A stretch of 64,000 nucleotides of DNA from Desulfobacterales bacterium (GTDB lineage: Bacteria; Desulfobacterota; Desulfobacteria; Desulfobacterales; UBA5616). The notes beneath the pieces are model-generated. The model saw nothing but the letters and a program-made list of their open reading frames with translations, searched no databases and was not told the origin of the DNA. The stretch spans positions 32,001-96,000 of the forward strand of contig JAWODC010000090.1 in the NCBI GenBank assembly GCA_046483495.1, in the 5' to 3' direction. This document shows positions 30,429 through 39,657 of the stretch, piece after piece; the first letter of the stretch is position 1; every line of letters starts with the position of its first letter. The position numbers were made by a program, and so were the translations under genes.

Positions 30429-30505
30429 GTCCATTCGAAAACGGCTGATTCTGCGCGGGCGCCGAATAGTGTTCATCCGAAAATGAGAAAATCCGCCGGA
30501 TACTA
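30429..30505. repeat. Degenerate terminal fragments of the type A element
   Basis: GTCCATTCGAAAACGGCTGATTC (left-end-like) and TAGTGTTCATCCGAAAATGAGAAAAT...GGATACTA (right-end-like). Confidence 0.6.
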
Positions 30506-30651
30506 AATGTCCATCCAGAAATGAGATAATTCGATTCAGTTCAAGGCGGCCGGGAAATTTTAACCGCAAGAATACATTGAGTATTTTGAGGATTAAAATT
30601 TCCCGGCCAACGCCGAAATGGAGCGAATCAGCCATTTCTGGATGGGCATTA
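30504..30651 (-). repeat. Palindromic ~147-bp element, terminus type A (copy 2)
   Basis: Reverse-complement match to copies 1 and 3; begins at the TAA stop of the CoA-transferase gene. Confidence 0.9.
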
Positions 30652-31857
30652 AATAATCGCTTTTTCTTCCTTGAACGCGATAATATCGTCCCACGAATAG
30701 CCCATTTCAATTAGAATTTCTTCGGTGTGCTGCCCCAATTCAGGTGCCGTTTTCCGTATGGAAGCCGGTGTTTCTTTTAATTTGATCGGCGTATTGATCA
30801 GTTTAAACGGGCCGTGTTCCGGATGAACCACCTCCGCCACGAAATCGTTGGCCGCGGCTTGGGGATCGTTCAACGCCTCCGCCAATGTCTGAATAGGAGC
30901 CCAGATAATTTCTTTTTCATCGAACAGGGCTCCCCATTCATCACGGGGCCGGGTTGTGAAAATATCGTCAAACATGGCGATCAGCGGCGCGGGGTCTTCC
31001 GCCCGGACAAACATGTTTTCATAACGCTCATCATTCTCCAGATGCTCGATGCCGGCCACCTTGCAAAAATCCGACCAATATCGATCGGACTGCAGGCATG
31101 CCAGCATGAGCCATTTGCCGTCCTTGCATCGATATGAATTAAAGAGAGGATTGGGCACTTCTTTCCTGGAAACCCGGGTGGGTTCTTCTTCCGCAAATCC
31201 GGCACCCACTACGGACAACCCATTGCACCAGAGGGCCGTTCCCAGCAGGGAAACATCCACTTTCTGGGCCACGCCCGTCCGCTCTCTGACAAAAAGGGCC
31301 ATGGCAATTCCGCCGGCCAATGCCATAGCACTGGTATTATCGCCGTATCCCGGCAGGCACTGGGGCGGCGGTGCATCGGGTTCACCGATCATGTTCATAA
31401 TCCCGCCTCTGGCCCAAAAAGCGGCATAGTCAAACCCGGACCGCATGTATTCCGGACCCTTTTCGCCGTATCCTGTCCCATGCGCATAGATGAGGCGCGG
31501 GTTGATGCCGGCAAGCGTCTCATAATCAACCCCCAGTTTCTTCAATACATCCGCACGAACGTTTGTCACAAACACATCCGCCTGCTCGACGAGCCGGTAC
31601 ATGATCGCCCTGCCCTTTTCCACTCGTAAGTCCACGGCCATTCCCCGCTTATTCCGGTTCTCCAACTCCCAGGGAAAATTGATTTCCGGAATTTCCGTAC
31701 CGCCGCCGAACATGATGATGGCCCGTTGCGGGTCGCCGGAAACGGGGTCCTCCACTTTAATGACATCGGCCCCCATATCGGCAAGGATAGCGGTTCCGCC
31801 CGGTGCAAAAATCCATGTGGTGAAATCGATAACCTTTATTCCTTCAAGTGCCTGCAT
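30649..31857 (-). CDS. Class III CoA-transferase (CaiB/BaiF)
   Basis: Motifs LEGIKVIDFT, LADMGADVIKVE, NRNKR and APELGQHT; catalytic Asp in PGYGD. Confidence 0.93.
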   Translation of the reverse strand: MQALEGIKVIDFTTWIFAPGGTAILADMGADVIKVEDPVSGDPQRAIIMFGGGTEIPEINFPWELENRNKRGMAVDLRVEKGRAIMYRLVEQADVFVTNVRADVLKKLGVDYETLAGINPRLIYAHGTGYGEKGPEYMRSGFDYAAFWARGGIMNMIGEPDAPPPQCLPGYGDNTSAMALAGGIAMALFVRERTGVAQKVDVSLLGTALWCNGLSVVGAGFAEEEPTRVSRKEVPNPLFNSYRCKDGKWLMLACLQSDRYWSDFCKVAGIEHLENDERYENMFVRAEDPAPLIAMFDDIFTTRPRDEWGALFDEKEIIWAPIQTLAEALNDPQAAANDFVAEVVHPEHGPFKLINTPIKLKETPASIRKTAPELGQHTEEILIEMGYSWDDIIAFKEEKAII

Positions 31858-31990
31858 CGATAATTCCTCCTATTCACGTTCACATCCATTTTAAATTAAC
31901 AGCGATCACCTGAAACCGGGCCGGTGTCGGTCCGGAACCCATCCTGCTGCCTTTTTTCCTTATTATCCCGACAAAAAAGACGATTTTCGT

Positions 31991-32010
31991 AAAAGGCGAA
32001 GACGCCTTTT
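31991..32010 (-). terminator. Putative intrinsic terminator downstream of the MFS gene
   Basis: Hairpin AAAAGGCG-AAGA-CGCCTTTT. Confidence 0.5.
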
Positions 32011-32039
32011 CAGGCAACAGATGCCGTTTTCGGTTTATT

Positions 32040-33320
32040 TCAACCGGAAACTTCCCCTGCCGAGAGAACCGGCTCTGCAGTGAGCGTCGGCTTCAGATGG
32101 GCGACAGGTTTCAGCAGAACGGCTATCGTTCCGCAAAGCAGCATCAGCGGTATCAAAAAATAAAAGACGGGTAAATACGAATGATAGGCGTCATATACGT
32201 ATCCGGCACCGACCGGACCGATTGCTCCGCCGATGGTCCCCATAATATTCAGAATGCCGAACAGCGTGGCGAAATGTTTCACACCCAGGTATTCTCCCGC
32301 CAACAGCGGGTTGATCACCAGCGGTGCGCCGCACGATAACCCGTAAATACTCGCAAAAACCAGCACGATCCAGTAAGGAACGGCCATGATGAGAAACACG
32401 ATCGAAATGCAAAACAAGAGACATGAAAGGGCCATGGCATATTTAGCACCCCACCGGTCCGCCATCGGTCCGAAGACGACCTTCCCGATAACCATGACGC
32501 CCATAACCATACTCCAGGCAAACGCCGCCCGTGTGGGTGAATGGCCGATATCCGTCAGGTACGCGACGCAGTGATTTGCCAGCCCGCCGTAAGCGATCGA
32601 AATGATAAGCATGATCGCGGCAATCTGCCAGAACACTCGTAAAGAAAATGCCTCTTTGACGGTGACACCCCATTCAGGCTCCTCGGAAACGGCGGCCGCT
32701 GTTTTGTGCCGGTAGGGTTTTAATCCGATTTCTCTGGGATGGGTTCGGATGACCAGGAGAATCAGCGGCACAACCACCACCAGCACCGTACTTCCGCTGA
32801 ATACGAAAGCGGTTCGCCACCCGTAATTGACGATGATCCAATTCGCCACCGGCGACATGATCATGCCGCCGAAACTCGTGCCGACAAAAGCGGCGCTCAT
32901 CGCCGCTCCGCGCCGCGAGACAAACCAGTTCGAGATGAGAAGAGAGCAGGGAATAATTGTGGAGCACATCAACCCCAGGCCGATAAAACCGAACAGCACG
33001 TAGAGGTGCCAGAGTTCCGTAATACGACTTGCGACAATGATGGCGACGCCCACGACGGCCGCTCCGATGGTCATGACCCGTTTGGCCCCGATTCGATCGA
33101 TCAGGACACCGGCAAACGGGGAAGCCACGGCGGACACGACCGAACCCACCAGCAGGGCGATGGACAATTCGCCCCGGCCCCAATTCATGCTGACAGCAAT
33201 GGGCTTGAGAAATACAGGGAAGGTATTGAACACCACCCCCCAGAGAAAAAACAGAATGAAAAAGCAGGCGGCGACAATGAAAAAACCATAAAAAAAACGT
33301 GGTGAATCCGACGATTTCAT
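32040..33320 (-). CDS. MFS transporter (OFA/monocarboxylate-like)
   Basis: 12 TM helices; motif A GVLIDRIGAK; NWF..RRG and GWRTAF. Confidence 0.9.
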   Translation of the reverse strand: MKSSDSPRFFYGFFIVAACFFILFFLWGVVFNTFPVFLKPIAVSMNWGRGELSIALLVGSVVSAVASPFAGVLIDRIGAKRVMTIGAAVVGVAIIVASRITELWHLYVLFGFIGLGLMCSTIIPCSLLISNWFVSRRGAAMSAAFVGTSFGGMIMSPVANWIIVNYGWRTAFVFSGSTVLVVVVPLILLVIRTHPREIGLKPYRHKTAAAVSEEPEWGVTVKEAFSLRVFWQIAAIMLIISIAYGGLANHCVAYLTDIGHSPTRAAFAWSMVMGVMVIGKVVFGPMADRWGAKYAMALSCLLFCISIVFLIMAVPYWIVLVFASIYGLSCGAPLVINPLLAGEYLGVKHFATLFGILNIMGTIGGAIGPVGAGYVYDAYHSYLPVFYFLIPLMLLCGTIAVLLKPVAHLKPTLTAEPVLSAGEVSG

Positions 33321-33353
33321 GGGCGGATCTCCTTTATTAAAACGGGTTATATA

Positions 33354-35027
33354 CTATTCGCCCGGTCCCCTGCCCTCCGTTTGGACTTCCAGTACGTAAG
33401 GCGTGTTGCCGGCAAAGGCCTCCCGCAGGGCCGGCTGCAATTCCTCCGGCTTCATTACTTTTCGGCCTTTAACCCCCATGCTGCCGGCCAATTCGACAAA
33501 ATCGATCGGCGGCTTTGTAAAATCCATGTGAGCATAAGGCGTTTCGGTGTCGATATGCTGAAGCGTGACATACCGGTTCATGTTGTATTTTAAAATTCTG
33601 TAGCCCCGGTTGGCCAGGATAACATACACTACCGGAATGTCATGGTGGGCGGCGGTCCACAAGCTCTGGATGGTGTACATGGCGGAACCGTCGCCGACCA
33701 AAGCAACGACAGGCCGCTCCGGATGTGCCAACTTGACGCCGATTGCCCCGGGCATTCCCTGTCCGATGCCGCCGCCGTGGTTCCCATAGAGTGTCCCCGG
33801 CCGATCGAACGGGATCACGGACAGCAGGTCGATATAGGCGGTTATCGCCTCGTTGTAAACCACTGCATTTTCCGGCAGGCACTCTTTTAAATCGGACATC
33901 AAACGAACCGGAGAAATGGGGACAGCGCCTCTTTTTTTGTCGGCGTTCTCGGCCGTCATCTTCCGGATATGCTCCTTTTGAACAGCCATTGCTTCAGCTC
34001 TTCTTTGAGCATCGCTTCGCACATCGGAACTCATTTTCTCCGCCAGATGTTTTTCGAGCAACGCCAATCCCTGTTTGGGATCTGCCAGTATTCCGATTTC
34101 GACCGGCAGGTTTTTGCCGATTTCCCAGGCAGCGGCGTCCAACTGAATCAGCTTGCAGCCCTCCGGCAGCGGAGACCCTTCACCGTAAAATACCGCCTCG
34201 AAAAGCCGGGCGCCCACCGCGAGAACCACGTCGGTGTCGCCGAGCATCTCGCGGGTTATGGATGCCTCTCCGGGAAGCAAACCCTGAAAATGAGGATGCG
34301 ACGTGGGAAAATTCAGCGCCCCCATCATCAGCGTGTTCCAAACCGGTGCCCCGAGCACTTCCGACATCCGGACCAGTTCATCGAATGCTTTCGACGCGGA
34401 TACGCCGTCACCGCATATGATTGCCGGCGATTTCGCCTGCAGCAGGAGATCCGCCGCCGCCTCTACTGCGCCGGGCCCCGGACGCATGTCCCGGTGATAC
34501 TTCCCCGGATCCGGAATTTCTTCTGTGAGATCGTCATCCAGAACATCCGCCGGGAGAGCGACGAATACCGGCCCTCGAGGTGGATCTTGAGCGATTTTGA
34601 ACGCCCGTGACATGACCACGGGAATGTCTTTTGCGTGCTGAATCTGAACAGACCACTTGGTCAACGGTTTAGCGATTTCCGCCAAATCGTGGGAAAGAAG
34701 GGGCTCCTGAATGAGCATTCGGCTGTCCTGCTGCCCGGCCGTGACCACGAGAGGCATTTTTCCCATGGCCGCATTATAAAGAGAGCCCATCGCGTTTCCT
34801 AACCCGGGCGCCACGTGCAAATTAACGACACCGGTCCGGCCTGAAGCATTGGCGTACATGTGGGCGATGGTCAGGGCAACCGCCTCCTGAAGGGTCAAAA
34901 TATAGCGTATGCTCGGATGTCCGTGAAGCGCCGTAATCAGCCCGAACTCTGTTGTCCCCGGATTTCCGAACACATACGCCACGTCGTGTTTTTCCAGAAC
35001 TTTGACAACCGCGTCTCTGCCTTTCAT
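33354..35027 (-). CDS. ThDP-dependent decarboxylase, benzoylformate decarboxylase-like
   Basis: Motifs VFGNPGTTE, LQEAVA and NLHVAPGLGNAMG; ThDP motif GDGSAMYTIQSLWTAA...N. Confidence 0.88.
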   Translation of the reverse strand: MKGRDAVVKVLEKHDVAYVFGNPGTTEFGLITALHGHPSIRYILTLQEAVALTIAHMYANASGRTGVVNLHVAPGLGNAMGSLYNAAMGKMPLVVTAGQQDSRMLIQEPLLSHDLAEIAKPLTKWSVQIQHAKDIPVVMSRAFKIAQDPPRGPVFVALPADVLDDDLTEEIPDPGKYHRDMRPGPGAVEAAADLLLQAKSPAIICGDGVSASKAFDELVRMSEVLGAPVWNTLMMGALNFPTSHPHFQGLLPGEASITREMLGDTDVVLAVGARLFEAVFYGEGSPLPEGCKLIQLDAAAWEIGKNLPVEIGILADPKQGLALLEKHLAEKMSSDVRSDAQRRAEAMAVQKEHIRKMTAENADKKRGAVPISPVRLMSDLKECLPENAVVYNEAITAYIDLLSVIPFDRPGTLYGNHGGGIGQGMPGAIGVKLAHPERPVVALVGDGSAMYTIQSLWTAAHHDIPVVYVILANRGYRILKYNMNRYVTLQHIDTETPYAHMDFTKPPIDFVELAGSMGVKGRKVMKPEELQPALREAFAGNTPYVLEVQTEGRGPGE

Positions 35028-35064
35028 AAATGATACTCTCCGCATGTAAGGTTCATCGGTCATA

Positions 35065-35898
35065 TCACACAACCATTCCGCCGTTCGGACTGATCACTTG
35101 ACCCACAAAGAAATCGGCGTCATCGGTTGACAGGAAAACCACCGCATTGGCGATTTCCCCGGGTTTTCCCATTCTCCCGATAGGTTTGCGTGAGGTGATA
35201 ATCGCTTTCACTTCAGGAGACATCGTATCCAAAAGCGGCGTATCGACATATCCCGGTGCAACGGCATTCACGTTGATGCCGGAGGCGATCACCTCGAGGG
35301 CCACGGACTTTGTAAATGCGATAATACCGCCCTTGGCCGCGGAATAGGAAGGCGCTCCGGGGCATCCCTGCATGCCGCAGATCGACGCCATGTTGATAAT
35401 TTTGCCACGCCTTTTTTCTTCCATAATTTTCAATGCTTCCCGGGTGCAGTAAAACGTGCCGTTTAAATGCACATCGATCATGCTGTGCCAGTACTCGTCC
35501 TTAAACGAAGACGTCACCCGCATGCCGTCCTGCGCCTTGCCAAGCGTTGCCGTTTCTTCCGTCATGCGCACATAAGTGGCGTTCACGGCGTCCGTGAATT
35601 CCTTCCAGTCGGCACGTGCGCTGAATCCCGCATTGTTCACCAGGATGTCAAGGGTTCCCCACCGGGACACCAATTCCTCGAACATGGCCCTTACCTGATC
35701 CACATTTCCGACATCCGCCTGAAGCCCGATGGCTTGAGCTCCGTTTTCTTTCAGCATGGAAAGCGTTTTTTCGATGCCGTCCGGATTGATATCGTTTACT
35801 GCGATGCAAGCTCCCTCGGCGGCCATTTGCCGGGCGATAGTCCTTCCGAATCCGGACCCCGAACCGGTGATCAGGGCCACTCTGTCTTTCAGCTTCAT
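35065..35898 (-). CDS. Short-chain dehydrogenase/reductase
   Basis: Motifs TGSGSGFG, LVNNAG, YSAAK and NAVAPG. Confidence 0.93.
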   Translation of the reverse strand: MKLKDRVALITGSGSGFGRTIARQMAAEGACIAVNDINPDGIEKTLSMLKENGAQAIGLQADVGNVDQVRAMFEELVSRWGTLDILVNNAGFSARADWKEFTDAVNATYVRMTEETATLGKAQDGMRVTSSFKDEYWHSMIDVHLNGTFYCTREALKIMEEKRRGKIINMASICGMQGCPGAPSYSAAKGGIIAFTKSVALEVIASGINVNAVAPGYVDTPLLDTMSPEVKAIITSRKPIGRMGKPGEIANAVVFLSTDDADFFVGQVISPNGGMVV

Positions 35899-36123
35899 CA
35901 GTTCTCCTTTCGTTGAAGATCGGCTGATTTATTGAAATCGAATTGTTTTTCTGCTGCTGCAATTCGTGCAGTGTTTTTCGCAAAGAGAATACGATATGTC
36001 CGGTCCAAAGCGAAGGAAGCGGACCATCGGTGCGGATCCGTTTCATATAGCGAATTTCACGGAAGAACACAAATCGAATTGCAAGGGATGAACGGTTTGT
36101 CCAGCATTGAACATCAGACGATG

Positions 36124-37008
36124 TCAATCGTCCTTCGGGTCCACGTGAACGAGAACCTTATCCACTTGTCTGACATCCCGAATAATGCAGGTTTCCACCG
36201 TTTTGGCGATATCATGCCCCCGGCTGACGCTCATTCGCCCATCCACTACCACATGGATCTCCATCTGCAAATGCCCTGCCAGGCTGCGAACCCTTAAATC
36301 GTGCACATCGAGAACACCGTTTACAGACAGTGAACAAGCCTTGATTTTATCGACAATTTCCTCTGGGGGTGCCGTATCCGTGATCTCCCTAAACGTGCTG
36401 GTAATTATTTCCACCGCTATTTTAGCGATAAAGAAGGCGACAACCAGGGCGGCAACCGAATCTAGAAAATACCATGAAGGATTTACGATAGCGCCGGTTA
36501 CTCCGATGAGAACGGCTATCGACGAAAGGGAGTCGGTTCTATGATGCCATGCATTTGCAATAATCAGCTGATTGCCGAGGCGCTTTCCGATGTAAACGGT
36601 GTATCGGTACATTGCCTCTTTCAGGACAATGGAAACAGCGGCTCCGGCAATCGCCGTAATCGTGGGATGCCGAATCTGCTTTTCGTAGATATCTGTGATC
36701 GCCTCCACACCGATAAAAGCACCCGTTGCCAGGAGAACCAGACCCACACCGGCGGAAGCCATTGTCTCTATTCTGCCGTGGCCGAAATGATGCTCCGAGT
36801 CCGGTGGTTTTCCACCCATTTGCAGCCCCAGCAGCACCACGACATCGGTAAATAGGTCCGATACCGAGTGCACGGCATCGGCAATCAATGCCCGGCTGTC
36901 CCCGAAAACACCGGCAGCCGCTTTCAGCAGGATCAAAAGGCTGTTGACGGCAAGTCCGGCAACCGTCACCCTTCTTCCGGCATTTTGGTGAATCGTGTTA
37001 CGGGTCAT
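36124..37008 (-). CDS. Cation diffusion facilitator (FieF-like)
   Basis: Motifs ADAVHSVSD, HHFGHGRIE, AWHHRTD and VHVDP. Confidence 0.92.
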   Translation of the reverse strand: MTRNTIHQNAGRRVTVAGLAVNSLLILLKAAAGVFGDSRALIADAVHSVSDLFTDVVVLLGLQMGGKPPDSEHHFGHGRIETMASAGVGLVLLATGAFIGVEAITDIYEKQIRHPTITAIAGAAVSIVLKEAMYRYTVYIGKRLGNQLIIANAWHHRTDSLSSIAVLIGVTGAIVNPSWYFLDSVAALVVAFFIAKIAVEIITSTFREITDTAPPEEIVDKIKACSLSVNGVLDVHDLRVRSLAGHLQMEIHVVVDGRMSVSRGHDIAKTVETCIIRDVRQVDKVLVHVDPKDD

Positions 37009-37304
37009 GGTTCAAAACAGCCGGTCCTGGTGCGGGTGAATGGAAACCGTTTTCATGTTTTCGTTGCCGACGTTGATCGCATTTTCGGTAAAAGCGGGTT
37101 ATAAACGCCGATTCTGAGGCAAGGCGTGATGTGCAAACCGGTGGCCATTTTAACAGCCGGCATGTCGACCCGGTCCTCTTCCGGACCAAAATCGACAATT
37201 TTGGATCCAAACTCGCCAATTGCGTCGTTTAGCGAAAAAATATCGTAAACCCTTCAACTCGTCAATTCAAATTCCACCCGAAACGGATAATATTTTTTTG
37301 CCGG

Positions 37305-37333
37305 TTGTCTTGCCAATCCGCCAAATCTATACT
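37305..37333 (+). promoter_or_regulatory. Putative sigma70 promoter of the CbbQ/NorQ-type operon
   Basis: TTGTCT-17 nt-TATACT. Confidence 0.55.
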
Positions 37334-37458
37334 ATTAATTAAACAGTGCCGTTCGTAAACGGCTGGCACCTCCATTTCCGCGTTGATCCGGACCTGAGCC
37401 CCGACACATCCATCTCAAGCTGATACGCCACTTTTGACTTTCACAGGACAAAAAAACC

Positions 37459-38289
37459 ATGACCGAGGCAATCCGAAATATTCGAATCGATGAAAAAAGC
37501 TTTGAAATTACTACGGAGCCGTTTTATCTGCCGCAAGCCGGTGAAATGTTTTTATTCGAGGCGGCCTATAATAATCAACTGCCGGTAATGCTCAAGGGGC
37601 CTACCGGCAGCGGGAAAACCCGGTTGATCGAGCACATGGCCTGGAAATTGAAACGCCCCTTGTACACCGTTGCCTGCCATGATGACCTGAGCGCCAATGA
37701 TCTGGTCGGCCGTTACATCATCGTCGGGGACGAGGTGGAATGGATCGACGGTCCTCTGTTGATGGCCCTGAAGAACGGCGGCATCGTTTACCTTGACGAA
37801 ATTGTGGAGGCCAGAAAAGACACCACCGTTGTGATTCATCCCCTCACGGACCATCGCCGGTACCTGCATGTCGAGAAGCTGGGAAAAATATTCACCGCCA
37901 GAGACGAATTTATGCTGGTCATCAGCTACAATCCGAATTACCAGAGTATCGTCAAGGAGCTCAAACCCAGCACACGTCAGCGTTTTGTGACCATCGACCT
38001 GACCTGGCCCGAAGAGGAGCTCGAAATCCGGATCATCATTCAGGAAACCGGGGTCGACCGGACAACAGCCCGGAATCTGGTAAAGGCCGCCGGTAAAATT
38101 CGGCATCTCACGCACCAGGGGCTTGAAGAAGGTGTTTCGACCCGCGAACTGGTATATGCGGGGCTGCTGCTGAAAAGCGGGGTCGCACCCAAAGATGCGC
38201 TCTATGCCACTCTGGTGGAATCGCTGACCCATGACACGGACCTCAAGGAAGGCATAACAGAAGTGCTGAAAAATTATTTTCATTTTTAG
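37459..38289 (+). CDS. CbbQ/NirQ/NorQ-family AAA+ ATPase
   Basis: Motifs EPFYLP, LKGPTGSGKTR, VACHDDLSANDLVGR, YLDEIVEARKDTTVVIHPLTDHRR, SYNP.YQ, STRQRF and EGVSTR. Confidence 0.95.
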   Translation: MTEAIRNIRIDEKSFEITTEPFYLPQAGEMFLFEAAYNNQLPVMLKGPTGSGKTRLIEHMAWKLKRPLYTVACHDDLSANDLVGRYIIVGDEVEWIDGPLLMALKNGGIVYLDEIVEARKDTTVVIHPLTDHRRYLHVEKLGKIFTARDEFMLVISYNPNYQSIVKELKPSTRQRFVTIDLTWPEEELEIRIIIQETGVDRTTARNLVKAAGKIRHLTHQGLEEGVSTRELVYAGLLLKSGVAPKDALYATLVESLTHDTDLKEGITEVLKNYFHF

Positions 38290-39657
38290 ATGGTGTCCTG
38301 TCGAATTATGGATCCGAACATAGCCCATAAAAACCCCGAAACATTCGCCGGAACGTTTTCCACGGTCGATGAACGTTCATCTTTGGACGATCTCCTGGTG
38401 TCGGTCTCACGTTCGCTTTCCAAACAGGGATCGGACATCCCGGGAAAGGTAAGGCGGCTTGGCAGCCAAATTTCCCGGTACAGCCTGAAAACAGCAGCCG
38501 GGATGATCGTATGCAGCCCCGGAATCGTTGACCGGGTCGGCTTCCAGGGGCTCGAAAAAATTTCCCGTATCGGCATCGGGCTTTCCCGGAACTGTTGGGT
38601 AACCGCCGTGGAAATGTTCAAGAACAGTCCCGGATTGATTGACGTCCTCATGCCGATGGGGGGACGCAAACTGGTCCTGGATGTATATGAGCTGAGTGAG
38701 CGGGTCTGCCCATACAGCTGGAAAACCGCTGCCGGAATGCTGGACAGCAGCCCCTCGATCATCCGGCGGGTGGGCATCGAAGGGCTATACGCGATTGCGG
38801 AAATGGGGATACGGATAGCCCCGGGATGCTGGTTGACCGCTATGGGAAATTTCGAAAAAAGCCCGCGGCTTATCGACCGGCTGTCACGTTACTGCGACAA
38901 AGAAATGATCATGGATGTTTTGGACTTAGGCGCCGCAGCATCACATACCAGTTGGCAAATGGCCGTCCGCCTCATGGAAGAAAGCCCGGCGCTTATCAGC
39001 CGTGTCGGGTTTTCCGGGCTTCAAAAAATGGCGATTTTCGGTGGAAAGATTGCACGGCACAGTTGGCTCGGTGCCGTAGAAATGATTGAAAGAAGCACGG
39101 TACTCATCGATGATATCCTCGATCTCGGAACGGCATCGCTGGTGCTTGAAATTTGCGACACCTGCGGGCGGGCGGCGGATGTGTGTTGGCGTACCGCCGT
39201 TCACCTGTTTTACAAAAGTCCCTTTCTTATCGATCGTGTCGGAACGGCGGGATTTCAGCATGTGGCAGAGAAAGCCTGTGAACTGGCACAAAGCAATACG
39301 GAAAGGGCCGTTTCCTTCATAAACGGGGAATCGTTGGAGGGCGCCTCATTTATGGCCGGCATTTCGGACGGCATCGCGCTTTCGGAAGTGAAACCGATTC
39401 TTGCCAATTACCTCAATGCACTGTTGAGTTACCGCATTGAAATCGCCGGGGCCGTGGGTCACGCAACCGACGGGCGCAAGATTTTTCTTCCCGAAAGCGT
39501 GAACGATTTCAATGAGAAGAAGAAAAATTTCATGATGTATAAAATATACGCCACCCATGAAGAGGCCCACCTGGAATACGGCAGTTTCGACTTTTCCCTT
39601 TCCGAAATCCGGGAAACCGTGGATAACATCACCGCCCGTTATGGGAAACGGTCATGA
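38290..39657 (+). CDS. Helical-repeat protein ending in the N-terminal zincin-like segment of NorD/CbbO (HExxH)
   Basis: Seven repeats of [SC]W.TA..(M/F)..SP.LI alternating 37 and 41 aa; then TDGRKIFLP...THEEAHLEYGSF. Start could be 38290 or 38308. Confidence 0.8.
   Translation: MVSCRIMDPNIAHKNPETFAGTFSTVDERSSLDDLLVSVSRSLSKQGSDIPGKVRRLGSQISRYSLKTAAGMIVCSPGIVDRVGFQGLEKISRIGIGLSRNCWVTAVEMFKNSPGLIDVLMPMGGRKLVLDVYELSERVCPYSWKTAAGMLDSSPSIIRRVGIEGLYAIAEMGIRIAPGCWLTAMGNFEKSPRLIDRLSRYCDKEMIMDVLDLGAAASHTSWQMAVRLMEESPALISRVGFSGLQKMAIFGGKIARHSWLGAVEMIERSTVLIDDILDLGTASLVLEICDTCGRAADVCWRTAVHLFYKSPFLIDRVGTAGFQHVAEKACELAQSNTERAVSFINGESLEGASFMAGISDGIALSEVKPILANYLNALLSYRIEIAGAVGHATDGRKIFLPESVNDFNEKKKNFMMYKIYATHEEAHLEYGSFDFSLSEIRETVDNITARYGKRS

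Noticed and set aside
29956..30651. Integron cassette (attC sites flanking a small gene)
   Set aside because: The palindromes lack RYYYAAC/GTTRRRY ends, are dispersed among housekeeping genes, and no integrase is present.
35955..35975. Sigma54 promoter (TGCACGAATTGCA on the minus strand); also TGGCAC near 37364
   Set aside because: The GG-N10-GC geometry is not satisfied at either site.
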